Assembly: GCA_965203355.1 (NCBI GenBank)
Contig: OZ241889.1
Span: 1,664,001-1,728,000 of the forward strand
Direction: 5' to 3'
DNA length: 64,000 bases
Source of the DNA: Candidatus Latescibacterota bacterium
Lineage (GTDB): Bacteria > Latescibacterota > UBA2968 > UBA8231
Shown: positions 28,879 to 37,043 of the stretch, piece by piece
Numbering within the stretch: the first letter of the stretch is position 1
Layout: the number at the start of each line of letters is the position of its first letter
The notes under the pieces: model-generated
Told to the model about the DNA's origin: nothing
The model's database searches: none
The model's input: only the letters and a program-made list of their open reading frames with translations
Program-made: the position numbers and the translations under genes

Positions 28879-29076
28879 TTACTTGAGGTTCAGGGCGCGG
28901 CGCACATTAGCTAAGTCTGCGGACGAGACCGAACTGTTTTTGCGGAAAGCCCGTTTGCGCTTGGCCGAGCGACCACCCAAAAGGTGCGTGGCATAGGCGT
29001 TGCGCCGCTTTAGGTTGCCGGAACCGCGCTGCTTAATGCGCTTGAACGAGGATTTATGCGTCTTGATTTTGGGCAT
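28879..29076 (-). CDS. rpmI: 50S ribosomal protein L35
   Basis: MPKIKTHK..KR..GSG..HLL. Confidence 0.93.
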   Translation of the reverse strand: MPKIKTHKSSFKRIKQRGSGNLKRRNAYATHLLGGRSAKRKRAFRKNSSVSSADLANVRRALNLK

Positions 29077-29114
29077 GATGCCCCCTTTTGGTCTTAACTT
29101 AGGCAAAAAGAACA

Positions 29115-29143
29115 AAAGTAGACCATCATACAGTGGCTGTCAA
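29115..29143 (-). promoter_or_regulatory. promoter for rpmI-rplT
   Basis: TTGACA-17 bp-TACTTT. Confidence 0.65.
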
Positions 29144-29213
29144 GCAATAGCAGGCGGCGAATTTTGGCGGGGAAATCTAAATGCTGGAGCGCGGTCCGTA
29201 GCAGTGTAGGCGA

Positions 29214-29474
29214 TTAGGCGGCCTGCGATCTGCATTTTTCGATTTGTTCTCGTACTTGGGGACGGATAAAGATTGTATCGAGAGACAGCCTCGCAAGAGC
29301 ACGGCATAACACCTGCACCCGGGCGTCGGTATCGAGTTCGCGATTGACGATCAAGTAGGATCTACCGCCATAGCGGCAAAGCCCACCTTGACCTTCAAAG
29401 TCATCGTAGCGCACCTCAATGTCCAGTGCTGCGGCCAGGGTTTCAAGCTCCTGTAGGAGAGTGGTAGCATCCAT
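29214..29474 (-). CDS. small conserved hypothetical protein
   Basis: 86 aa: LETLAAALDIEVRY..GGLCRYGG..LIVNREL..IFIRPQVRE. Confidence 0.7.
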   Translation of the reverse strand: MDATTLLQELETLAAALDIEVRYDDFEGQGGLCRYGGRSYLIVNRELDTDARVQVLCRALARLSLDTIFIRPQVREQIEKCRSQAA

Positions 29475-29548
29475 AAAAAAATAATAGAACCACAGGTCGC
29501 GGCTAAGCAAGGAAATTATTGGGAGTCGAATGGTGGATTGTTTATTAT

Positions 29549-30445
29549 ATGTCCCCAACTCAGAGTGCGTCCACAGCAAAGGAAAAACCAACTGTGCCTG
29601 CAAAATCCCAAGTATTGGTGACAAACGACGACGGTGCTGATTCTCCTCTTTTGGTGCCTTTGCTGCGGGAACTGTCCAAGTTGACCGAGCTATGCGTGGT
29701 CGTGCCGGCGGCGGAATGCAGTTGGACCAGCAAGAGCATGAGCCGCTTTGAGCCATTGGTGCTGGCCGAGATTGAGTGCGGTGGCTTTCCCGTCCAGACG
29801 CTGACCGGCAAGCCAGCCGACTGCGCCCATATCGGCATCCACAACCTCTGCCCCCAAAAACCGACGCTAGTTATTGCTGGCATCAATATGGGCGTCAATT
29901 CTGGTCTCGCTTTCACGCTGAGTTCCGGCACCATAGGGGCGGCTGTAGAGGGCTTTCTCGCCGGGGTGCCATCCGCCGCCTTTTCGCTGGAATTGCCCGA
30001 ACCTGCTTTTGCGCTCTGGCGGCGATGTCGGCAGCTCGATCCCGCGCTCAATGCGCTGGCGGCGGCGGCGGCGGCCGTCACGGCGGACATTGCCGCCGAG
30101 ATCCTGCGCGGGGGGTTGCCGGCTGGTGCCGACATGATCGCGGTGAACATGCCCGCTAGTACCAAGCGAGAATCCCCGAGGTGCTTGACGGGTTTGGCCA
30201 AGACGAGCTATGGGCCGCTATTCGCGCGGCGTGAAGACGAGCCGCACTTCGCATACCATAGCTGTCAGTTGCAGTTGGTTGGCGATGGAGCTAACAGCGA
30301 TGTGGAAGCCTTGGCGCGCGGCGCAGTCGCGATTACGCCACTCCGCTATGCGCTTGATGCCCCGATAAACTCGCTTGATCGCCAGCGCTTTGAGTGCGGC
30401 ATTTTCATACCTGAAAGCACTGGGAAGCAAGGTGGTCGTGGTTAA
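29549..30445 (+). CDS. surE: 5'/3'-nucleotidase SurE
   Basis: LVTNDDG, GKPADC, GINMGVNSG, SGTIGAAVEG, AITPL. Confidence 0.9.
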   Translation: MSPTQSASTAKEKPTVPAKSQVLVTNDDGADSPLLVPLLRELSKLTELCVVVPAAECSWTSKSMSRFEPLVLAEIECGGFPVQTLTGKPADCAHIGIHNLCPQKPTLVIAGINMGVNSGLAFTLSSGTIGAAVEGFLAGVPSAAFSLELPEPAFALWRRCRQLDPALNALAAAAAAVTADIAAEILRGGLPAGADMIAVNMPASTKRESPRCLTGLAKTSYGPLFARREDEPHFAYHSCQLQLVGDGANSDVEALARGAVAITPLRYALDAPINSLDRQRFECGIFIPESTGKQGGRG

Positions 30446-31733
30446 GCGACTTCTCGCAAACGGCAGTTGTGTCGGCATCCTATTGTTCGCCGTGCGCACG
30501 TGGGGTGAGGGCGAGGTCCGCGTCGATTCCACCCACAGCGAGTCCTCGGCTCCGCTGCTGGAGTCGGCGACCCAGCAGACCGTGGAAGCCGTGCGCTGGC
30601 TGGCAAAGCGACGTCAGTTTACCCTGCGGGGCATTCCCTACGGCGTCACCGGCCTGCCGTTTGCTTATCTCAGCCCCAACACGGGTTGGAATTGGGGAGC
30701 GCACATCCACTGGGCCGACTACCGACGGCAGCCCTATCTCTACAAGCTGACGCTGCACGTCCAGCAGTCTTCTGAGGGTAAGGTAAAAAATCGCGTCCGG
30801 CTGAGAGTGCCCCGGATTTCGGGGACGGGTTTCGGCCTGGGACTGGAGTTGTTCCGCGAGCGCAATATACGGACGCGTTACTATGGGTTGGGCAACAATA
30901 GCGCATTCAATCGAGACTTCATCAAGCCTAATAGTGCTGATTTCAAGGATGAGAACTACTACTATTACATTCTAGAAAGAAACCCGCGGATCTTGGTGAG
31001 CCTTTTTCGCCAGCTATACGGTCCGTTATCCATGTCGGTCGGTTTTGGGCTAGAGCGCGTCGATGTGGACCAGCGGGGGACCCAGGCATTCTATCTAGAG
31101 CGCGGCACCCCAGATGGAGTGATAGATGGGTTTTCGGGGTTTATCAGTGCGACTCTCCAGTGGGATACGCGCGACGACGAAGTGGTGCCGCGGCGCGGTT
31201 TCTTTCAAGAGTGGTCGTACGAGTCGGCTCGCAACTCACTGTTGGCACTGTTTTTCGAGCCTATTGATTTCAGCCGCGTAACCCTGACCAATGCCTACTA
31301 CGTCCCGCTATCGCCTCGGTTGAATTTCTCGCACCGCCTCGTGCTAGAGGTGCTCAGTGGCGAAGTGCCTCTCTACGCTTATGGCGAAATAGGAGGCAGC
31401 CGCCGGGTCAAAGGGTTGGGTGGCAGCGGTTCGCTGCGCGGTTTCGACACCCAGCGGTTTACAGACGATGTGCGCTTTTTATCCAATATTGAATTGCGCT
31501 GCCAACTGTACGACATCTGGTTTTACGGACAGTACATAGAGTGGCAGGGGGTAACTTTTTTCGATGCGGGCCGAGTCTGGGCTGATTTGGATAAAATCGG
31601 GTGGTCGGGCATGCACATCAGCGGCGGCGCCGGGGCGCGCATGGTCTGGGACGCCGATCTGGTGATCCGCATCGGTACGGGCATCGCCGACGAGCAAATG
31701 GATGTCTGGCTGAGCCTAGGACACAACTTCTAG
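30438..31733 (+). CDS. Omp85/BamA-TamA family barrel protein with minimal N-terminal domain
   Basis: WDTRD, LRGF motif, FFDAGRVW, C-terminal LGHNF. Start uncertain. Confidence 0.8.
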   Translation: MVKRLLANGSCVGILLFAVRTWGEGEVRVDSTHSESSAPLLESATQQTVEAVRWLAKRRQFTLRGIPYGVTGLPFAYLSPNTGWNWGAHIHWADYRRQPYLYKLTLHVQQSSEGKVKNRVRLRVPRISGTGFGLGLELFRERNIRTRYYGLGNNSAFNRDFIKPNSADFKDENYYYYILERNPRILVSLFRQLYGPLSMSVGFGLERVDVDQRGTQAFYLERGTPDGVIDGFSGFISATLQWDTRDDEVVPRRGFFQEWSYESARNSLLALFFEPIDFSRVTLTNAYYVPLSPRLNFSHRLVLEVLSGEVPLYAYGEIGGSRRVKGLGGSGSLRGFDTQRFTDDVRFLSNIELRCQLYDIWFYGQYIEWQGVTFFDAGRVWADLDKIGWSGMHISGGAGARMVWDADLVIRIGTGIADEQMDVWLSLGHNF

Positions 31734-32584
31734 CCGGGATCGGCAGTCTGCGGGGCCAACAAAGAGATCAAGCGCGCTAGTTCCGCCGCCATGCGGTCGC
31801 GCGGGACAATGCGGTCGATAAAGCCGTGTTCGAGGACGGTCTCGGCTAGTTGGAAGCCTTCGGGCAGGGGAGCGTCCGTGCCGAGGAACTGCTGGATGAC
31901 GGTTTGGCCCGCAAAGCCTATGCGCGCTTCGGGTTCGGCCAAAGCGATATCGCCGAGCATGGCAAAGCTGGCGGTGACGCCGCCATACGTTGGATCGGTG
32001 AGAATCGCAATATAAAGCAAGCCGTTTTGTGAAAGCTGGTTGAGCTTGGCGCTTATCCGCGCCATCTGCATCAGCGAATAGGCACTTTCCTGCATCCTAG
32101 CACCACCCGACTGGCAGACGATAACTAGCGTGCGTTGTTCGGCCATGGCGCGGTCGATGAGACGGCAGAGCTTTTCGCCGGTCGCGCCGCCTAAAGTGCC
32201 CGTGAGATAACGCGAGTCCATGATCGCCAAGGCGACAGAGTGACCGCCGATTTGGCCGATGCCTGTACGCACCGACTCTTTTAGGCCGCTCTGGCGGCGA
32301 CTGGTCTTGATTTTGTCTCGATAGCCCTTGAACTTGAGCGGATCGACAGGGGCTACGTTGGCGTTAGTTTCGGTGAATGTACCGTCGTCGATGAGCAGGT
32401 CAATGTACTGCTGATGGCCAATGGGATAATGGCAAGCGCACTCCGGGCAGATCCAGTGCCGGCGTCGCAGGGCTATCTCGTAATTGGAATGGCCGCACTT
32501 TTTACACTTGATCCAGATGCCTTGGGGGATTTCGCGTTTTATTAGCGACTTGATCCCAGATTTCATTTTTTCAAACCAGTTCAA
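31730..32584 (-). CDS. accD: acetyl-CoA carboxylase carboxyltransferase beta subunit
   Basis: WIKCKKC..CPEC zinc finger, SGGARMQE, PTYGGVTASFA, IGFAG. TTG start with RBS. Confidence 0.96.
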   Translation of the reverse strand: MNWFEKMKSGIKSLIKREIPQGIWIKCKKCGHSNYEIALRRRHWICPECACHYPIGHQQYIDLLIDDGTFTETNANVAPVDPLKFKGYRDKIKTSRRQSGLKESVRTGIGQIGGHSVALAIMDSRYLTGTLGGATGEKLCRLIDRAMAEQRTLVIVCQSGGARMQESAYSLMQMARISAKLNQLSQNGLLYIAILTDPTYGGVTASFAMLGDIALAEPEARIGFAGQTVIQQFLGTDAPLPEGFQLAETVLEHGFIDRIVPRDRMAAELARLISLLAPQTADPG

Positions 32585-32929
32585 GGCTGTTCCTCTCAGA
32601 TTAGCCCTGCCGTTTGAGCCCGGCAGAAGTGAACGTGGTGCTAGTTCGGATAGATGCACTATTCGTCATATATAGACAGCGAATAAAGTGCATAGAGAAC
32701 AAATACTTGTCAATCAGCAGACGCGAGACGAGCCGCGAAAATGTAACGCAGTTGCTACAAAGATGTAATGGCGGGAGTCGCTATATCTCGATATTGATAC
32801 AGTCTTTGAAGTTGCATCTCAAAGGGTAAGTCTATATCTTAACGACTATCTTTGTGAAGGTTGTGTTAAGCGATAAACCGCGAGTTGACTGTAGCCATAT
32901 TGAGGGTTCCCACCGTGAAATGTAATCTG

Positions 32930-34036
32930 ATGCGCACCTTAGGACTAGCGATCTGTACCTTAATTTTGGGGGCCGAGATCCGGGCCGAGGAAGTTGCAAC
33001 GGCCGATTCAATCCGCAAGTACAAATACTATGCCAAAACAGCACGCCAAAACAAAGAGTACGACAAGGCCATAAGCTATTACACGACTGTTCTGCAATAC
33101 AGTCCCCAAGATCTACAGGCCGCCTACTTCTTAGGGAAGGTGCATTACGAAAAAAAGGATTTTGTCGGTGTGCGCACTGCGCTGCGTCAGGCAATCAGTA
33201 TCGACTCGCTGCATCTGAATACCAACCTGCTTCTCTACTCGGTCTATCAAGCTGACTTTCCCGATTCGGCGGCGCGGAGCTTGGAGCGCGTATTGCTCAA
33301 AAAACCGGACGCGGCTGAGCGTCGTCGCGAATTAGCGGATCTCTATCGCCGCGAAGGCCACAACGAGCGAGCTATCGCCCACTATGAGAAATTGGTTGAG
33401 GATGGGGCAAAGGATACCGATCTATTTGAAATAATTGCGGTGTTGCATCGGGATCTGGGACAGGTAGAGCAAGCACTTGAGTGGCGTAAACGCCAGATCG
33501 AGGGCGGGACGGGCGGAGCCGACCAATTGGAGCGCATCGTCGAACTGAGGCTAGAGGTCGGCGATGTCGAAGGGGCTTACGACACGCTATTGAAATTGGC
33601 GAAGGTGGATTCTCTGAACGCCTATTCCTACTACAACCGCATCGCATCCATTGCCTCTACAGAGAGCGACGATACTTGGCGTTTCAAGGGGCTCAAGGGC
33701 ATGGTAAAGGCCGACCCCAAGGATTTGCAGAGCATAGCTGAACTGGTGGAGTGGCACCAAGGCCGCAGCGAGTTCTCCTTGGCAAAAGCGCGGCTGAGGC
33801 AGGGGCTGAAAGTAAATCCAAAGGATGCACACCTACTGCTACTCAAAGGCGACAATCTGGTGCAGGAGGGCGACGAAGAAGGGGCCATCGCCGCCTTTGA
33901 GAAAGCCAAAGCCGATCCGGCTTGGGAAAAGGTGGCTCAGCAGCGCATCTGGCAGCTCCGGCCACCCGAGACCGAGGAAGAAAAACTCAAGCGGCAGTTC
34001 TTCGGTGGTGAAGAGGCACAAGAGGAGCAAAACTAA
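32930..34036 (+). CDS. exported tetratricopeptide repeat protein
   Basis: Signal peptide and many TPR-like helical repeats. Confidence 0.8.
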   Translation: MRTLGLAICTLILGAEIRAEEVATADSIRKYKYYAKTARQNKEYDKAISYYTTVLQYSPQDLQAAYFLGKVHYEKKDFVGVRTALRQAISIDSLHLNTNLLLYSVYQADFPDSAARSLERVLLKKPDAAERRRELADLYRREGHNERAIAHYEKLVEDGAKDTDLFEIIAVLHRDLGQVEQALEWRKRQIEGGTGGADQLERIVELRLEVGDVEGAYDTLLKLAKVDSLNAYSYYNRIASIASTESDDTWRFKGLKGMVKADPKDLQSIAELVEWHQGRSEFSLAKARLRQGLKVNPKDAHLLLLKGDNLVQEGDEEGAIAAFEKAKADPAWEKVAQQRIWQLRPPETEEEKLKRQFFGGEEAQEEQN

Positions 34037-34090
34037 AAATCGTTCCGGTCTGTTGAACCGAGGCTAACATTACAATCGCGAGGAGAAAAA

Positions 34091-34708
34091 ATGCTAGAGC
34101 TTTTTCAAGATGGTGGATGGGCCATGTATCCCTTGATCGTTCTGCTCATCGTTGGCGTTGGAGTGGCGATTGAACGCCTGTACAATTTGTCGCGGTCGTC
34201 GATTGATGCTGAGAATTTTTTCGCGGGTCTCGAAGAGGCACTCGCAAGCGGAGGACCCGAGGCCGCGGCCGAGCTCTGCTCAAATACGCGCGGTCCGGTT
34301 GCCTCCGTTATCCATGCTGGGCTTCTGCGCTTGGAGCGCGGCATTGGCCACGTCGAGAAAGCCGTTGACAATTCTGGTGCGGTGGAGATGGCCTTTCTCG
34401 AGCGCGGCATGGTCTGGCTCTCGACCGTAGCTAACTTGGCACCGATGATCGGCTTTTTGGGCACGGTCAGCGGTATGATCAACGCCTTTCAGGCGATTAA
34501 GGAAGCTGGCGATGTCGAGCCTTCCATGGTTGCAGGTGGAATTTCCGAAGCCCTAATCACTACGGCTGCGGGGCTGATCGTGGGCATTCTGATTCAATTT
34601 TGCTACAACTTCTGCGCCAATCGCATCGATAAGATCATCGCGGACATGACCGAGCAGACGGCCAACTTTATCGACCTATTGGCCGCGCGCGAGCACCAAG
34701 GAGCCTAG
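34091..34708 (+). CDS. exbB: MotA/TolQ/ExbB proton channel
   Basis: APMIGFLGTVSGMI, GISEALITTAAGL. Confidence 0.92.
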   Translation: MLELFQDGGWAMYPLIVLLIVGVGVAIERLYNLSRSSIDAENFFAGLEEALASGGPEAAAELCSNTRGPVASVIHAGLLRLERGIGHVEKAVDNSGAVEMAFLERGMVWLSTVANLAPMIGFLGTVSGMINAFQAIKEAGDVEPSMVAGGISEALITTAAGLIVGILIQFCYNFCANRIDKIIADMTEQTANFIDLLAAREHQGA

Positions 34709-34709
34709 C

Positions 34710-35123
34710 GTGATTGGAAGGCGGCAGAGCCGGGTCTCCCCGGAAATCCCCACCGCTTCAATGGCAGATATCGCTTTTTTGCTGATCGTGTTCTTCCTCG
34801 TCACGACCACGATGAACCAAGACAAGGGTCTCTCGTTGCACTTGCCGCCGGTGGGCGAGACCAAGGAAGTACAAGAGAAGAATATTCTCAACGTGTGGAT
34901 CAACGCCCGCGATCAAGTCGCCTTTTTTGAGAATGAGCAGTTGACGCCCGTGCCGTTTGCCGAACTCAAGGCGCGAATTGAAGGGCGTCTGCGGGAAAAC
35001 GAGAATCTGATCGTCTCGCTTAAGACGGAGCGCGGAGCCACCTATCGGACCTTCGTCAATGTGCTAGACGAACTCAAACTAGCCGGGGCCACCAAGATCT
35101 CGATTGCCAACCCGGAAGAATAA
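34710..35123 (+). CDS. exbD: ExbD/TolR protein
   Basis: SMADIAFLLIVFFLVTT. Confidence 0.9.
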   Translation: MIGRRQSRVSPEIPTASMADIAFLLIVFFLVTTTMNQDKGLSLHLPPVGETKEVQEKNILNVWINARDQVAFFENEQLTPVPFAELKARIEGRLRENENLIVSLKTERGATYRTFVNVLDELKLAGATKISIANPEE

Positions 35124-35126
35124 CCG

Positions 35127-35540
35127 ATGAAATTCGCACGCAAAGCCAAAGTAGTTAGCGTCATTCCCACGGCCTCTATGGCCGATATATCTTTCTTGCT
35201 CCTCGTGTTTTTCATGGTCTCGACGGTTTTCGTGCGCTATAGGGGTGTGCCAGTGGAGTTGCCACAGGCCGAAAAAATCGAGAAGCTCGAAAGCCGCCGC
35301 AACGTATTGCAGGTTTGGGTCAGCAGCAAGGGAGCTGTCTATATCGAGGACCGGAACATCCCGCTTTCCGAAGTGGGCAAGCTGGTGCATAAGTACCTGA
35401 CGGCCAATCCTCGGTTGATCATCTCGTTGCGGGGCGATAAGGATTCCGAGTTCGGGGTGATTTCCGATGTCATGGAGGAATTGCGCAAGGTCGAAGCCTT
35501 GCGGGTCAATTTTTCCACCAAGCGGGAGTTGGACGAATGA
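35127..35540 (+). CDS. exbD: ExbD/TolR protein (second copy)
   Basis: SMADISFLLLVFFMVST. Confidence 0.9.
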   Translation: MKFARKAKVVSVIPTASMADISFLLLVFFMVSTVFVRYRGVPVELPQAEKIEKLESRRNVLQVWVSSKGAVYIEDRNIPLSEVGKLVHKYLTANPRLIISLRGDKDSEFGVISDVMEELRKVEALRVNFSTKRELDE

Positions 35541-36190
35541 TTCGCAGCAAGCAGCCCGAAGCCAACCTGCGGCTGACGTATCGAAAGACGTTATGGGCTT
35601 GTACAGGTCTTTCTACTCTCTTACACGTGGCCCTCTTTGTCCTTTTCCCCAGCTTTGAGCCGGAAGCCTACGCCAAATCCGAAGAGCCGATTGTCATTCA
35701 ACTCGAAGAAATTCCCGAAACCAAACAGGAACGCCGACCTCCACCGCCCGCCCGCCCGGTCGTGCCCGTGCCTACCGACAACCCGGATGTCCCGGATGAC
35801 GTGACCATTGAGGACACCGACCTCGACCTCGACCTCGACGATCTGGCACCGCCGCCGCCATTGGAGGAGGAGATTGAAGAAGTCGAGTTGGAAGAGGAAG
35901 AGGAGATCGTCGAGTTGTGGCGGGTCGAGAAAAAGCCTGTGATTGTCAAAAAAGTAACGCCGGAGTATCCGGCTACCGCCCAGAAGGCCAATATCACGGG
36001 CAAGGTGTTTGTCACCGCGCTCGTCGGCAAAGACGGCAAGGTTGAGCAGATCGGCAAGATCACGGGTCCCAAGGTATTCCACGAGGTCGCCCAAGCTGCC
36101 GCTCTCCAGTCGGAGTTTACGCCGGCGATGCAAAACGACAGGCCCGTCAAGGTTTGGGTTAGCTTGCCCTTTACCTTTAGGCTCAGGTGA
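35537..36190 (+). CDS. tonB: energy transducer TonB
   Basis: TM with SxxxH, Pro/Glu-rich linker, PEYP..GKVFV..FTPA..PV C-domain. Confidence 0.9.
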   Translation: MIRSKQPEANLRLTYRKTLWACTGLSTLLHVALFVLFPSFEPEAYAKSEEPIVIQLEEIPETKQERRPPPPARPVVPVPTDNPDVPDDVTIEDTDLDLDLDDLAPPPPLEEEIEEVELEEEEEIVELWRVEKKPVIVKKVTPEYPATAQKANITGKVFVTALVGKDGKVEQIGKITGPKVFHEVAQAAALQSEFTPAMQNDRPVKVWVSLPFTFRLR

Positions 36191-36315
36191 CGGTTGCCAT
36201 ATCTTCCTACCTTTTCTTATATTTAGGCACTCTCCTGACAGCAATTCCTTACTTCTTTCTTCTCCGCACAAGTGTCGTCCACCGTATTTTGGGCAGATCC
36301 GTGGAGGATTAGTCT

Positions 36316-36771
36316 ATGAAGTGTCCCTATTGCCATTGTGAAGAAGATCGGGTGGTGGATTCGCGGTCGTGCCGCGAAGGTATGGCGATTCGCCGTCGCC
36401 GCGAATGCACAGGTTGTTCCACGCGCTTCACAACCTATGAATACATCGAAAACGTGTCCCTGTCCGTCATTAAGGCCGACGGTCGCCGCGAGCCTTTTGA
36501 CCGCAGCAAACTGCTCGACAAGATACAGGTAGCCTGTTACAAGACTACCATTTCAGCCGAGGAAATTGAGCAACTCGTCGATCAGGTCGAGGCCGATGTG
36601 AGCAGTCTCAAGGCGAAGGAAATTCCCTCCAAGCAGATCGGCGAGCGCGTTATGGAGCATCTGCGCCAGCTCAACGACGTGGCGTATGTGCGTTTTGCCT
36701 CGGTCTATCGCCAGTTCAAGGACAAGCGCGATTTCATGCGCGAATTGGAGCAATTGGCTACTAATAATTAA
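36316..36771 (+). CDS. nrdR: transcriptional repressor NrdR
   Basis: MKCPYC, RRRREC..RFTTYE, ATP cone, VAYVRFASVY. Confidence 0.97.
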   Translation: MKCPYCHCEEDRVVDSRSCREGMAIRRRRECTGCSTRFTTYEYIENVSLSVIKADGRREPFDRSKLLDKIQVACYKTTISAEEIEQLVDQVEADVSSLKAKEIPSKQIGERVMEHLRQLNDVAYVRFASVYRQFKDKRDFMRELEQLATNN

Positions 36772-36840
36772 AGGACAGAACTGTTTTTTCAGCGCAGCGC
36801 AACCGGATTGAAAAGAAATTTCTCTAGATTTGTTTTTAAC

Positions 36841-36869
36841 TTGACAAATACGCACACTGTTTCTACTTT
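36841..36869 (+). promoter_or_regulatory. nrdJ promoter
   Basis: TTGACA-17 bp-TACTTT. Confidence 0.7.
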
Positions 36870-36879
36870 TGGCCTCAGC

Positions 36880-36926
36880 ACACTACATATAGTGCCAAAT
36901 GAGTGTAATGCCCTGAGATAATGTGT
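36880..36926 (+). promoter_or_regulatory. tandem NrdR boxes
   Basis: ACACTACATATAGTGC (36880-36895) matches acaCwAtATaTwGtgt. A weaker box CCCTGAGATAATGTGT starts 31 bp later. Confidence 0.75.
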
Positions 36927-37043
36927 CTCGGGGCTGCACTTTTGCTCTCTCCCCTAATCCTAACAGCCGTTAACCTACCTTCTTAAGAGTTTGGGCGATG
37001 TTTTCCACTTCGCCCATGGACTTTTTTGTTTTAACGGGAGGGC

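Noticed and set aside
35818-35840. (GACCTC)n microsatellite
   Set aside because: It encodes the DLDLDLD linker of TonB. It is short and in-frame, with no sign of phase variation.
36772-37043. Cobalamin riboswitch before nrdJ
   Set aside because: No recognisable B12-box. The region is explained by the promoter and NrdR boxes.
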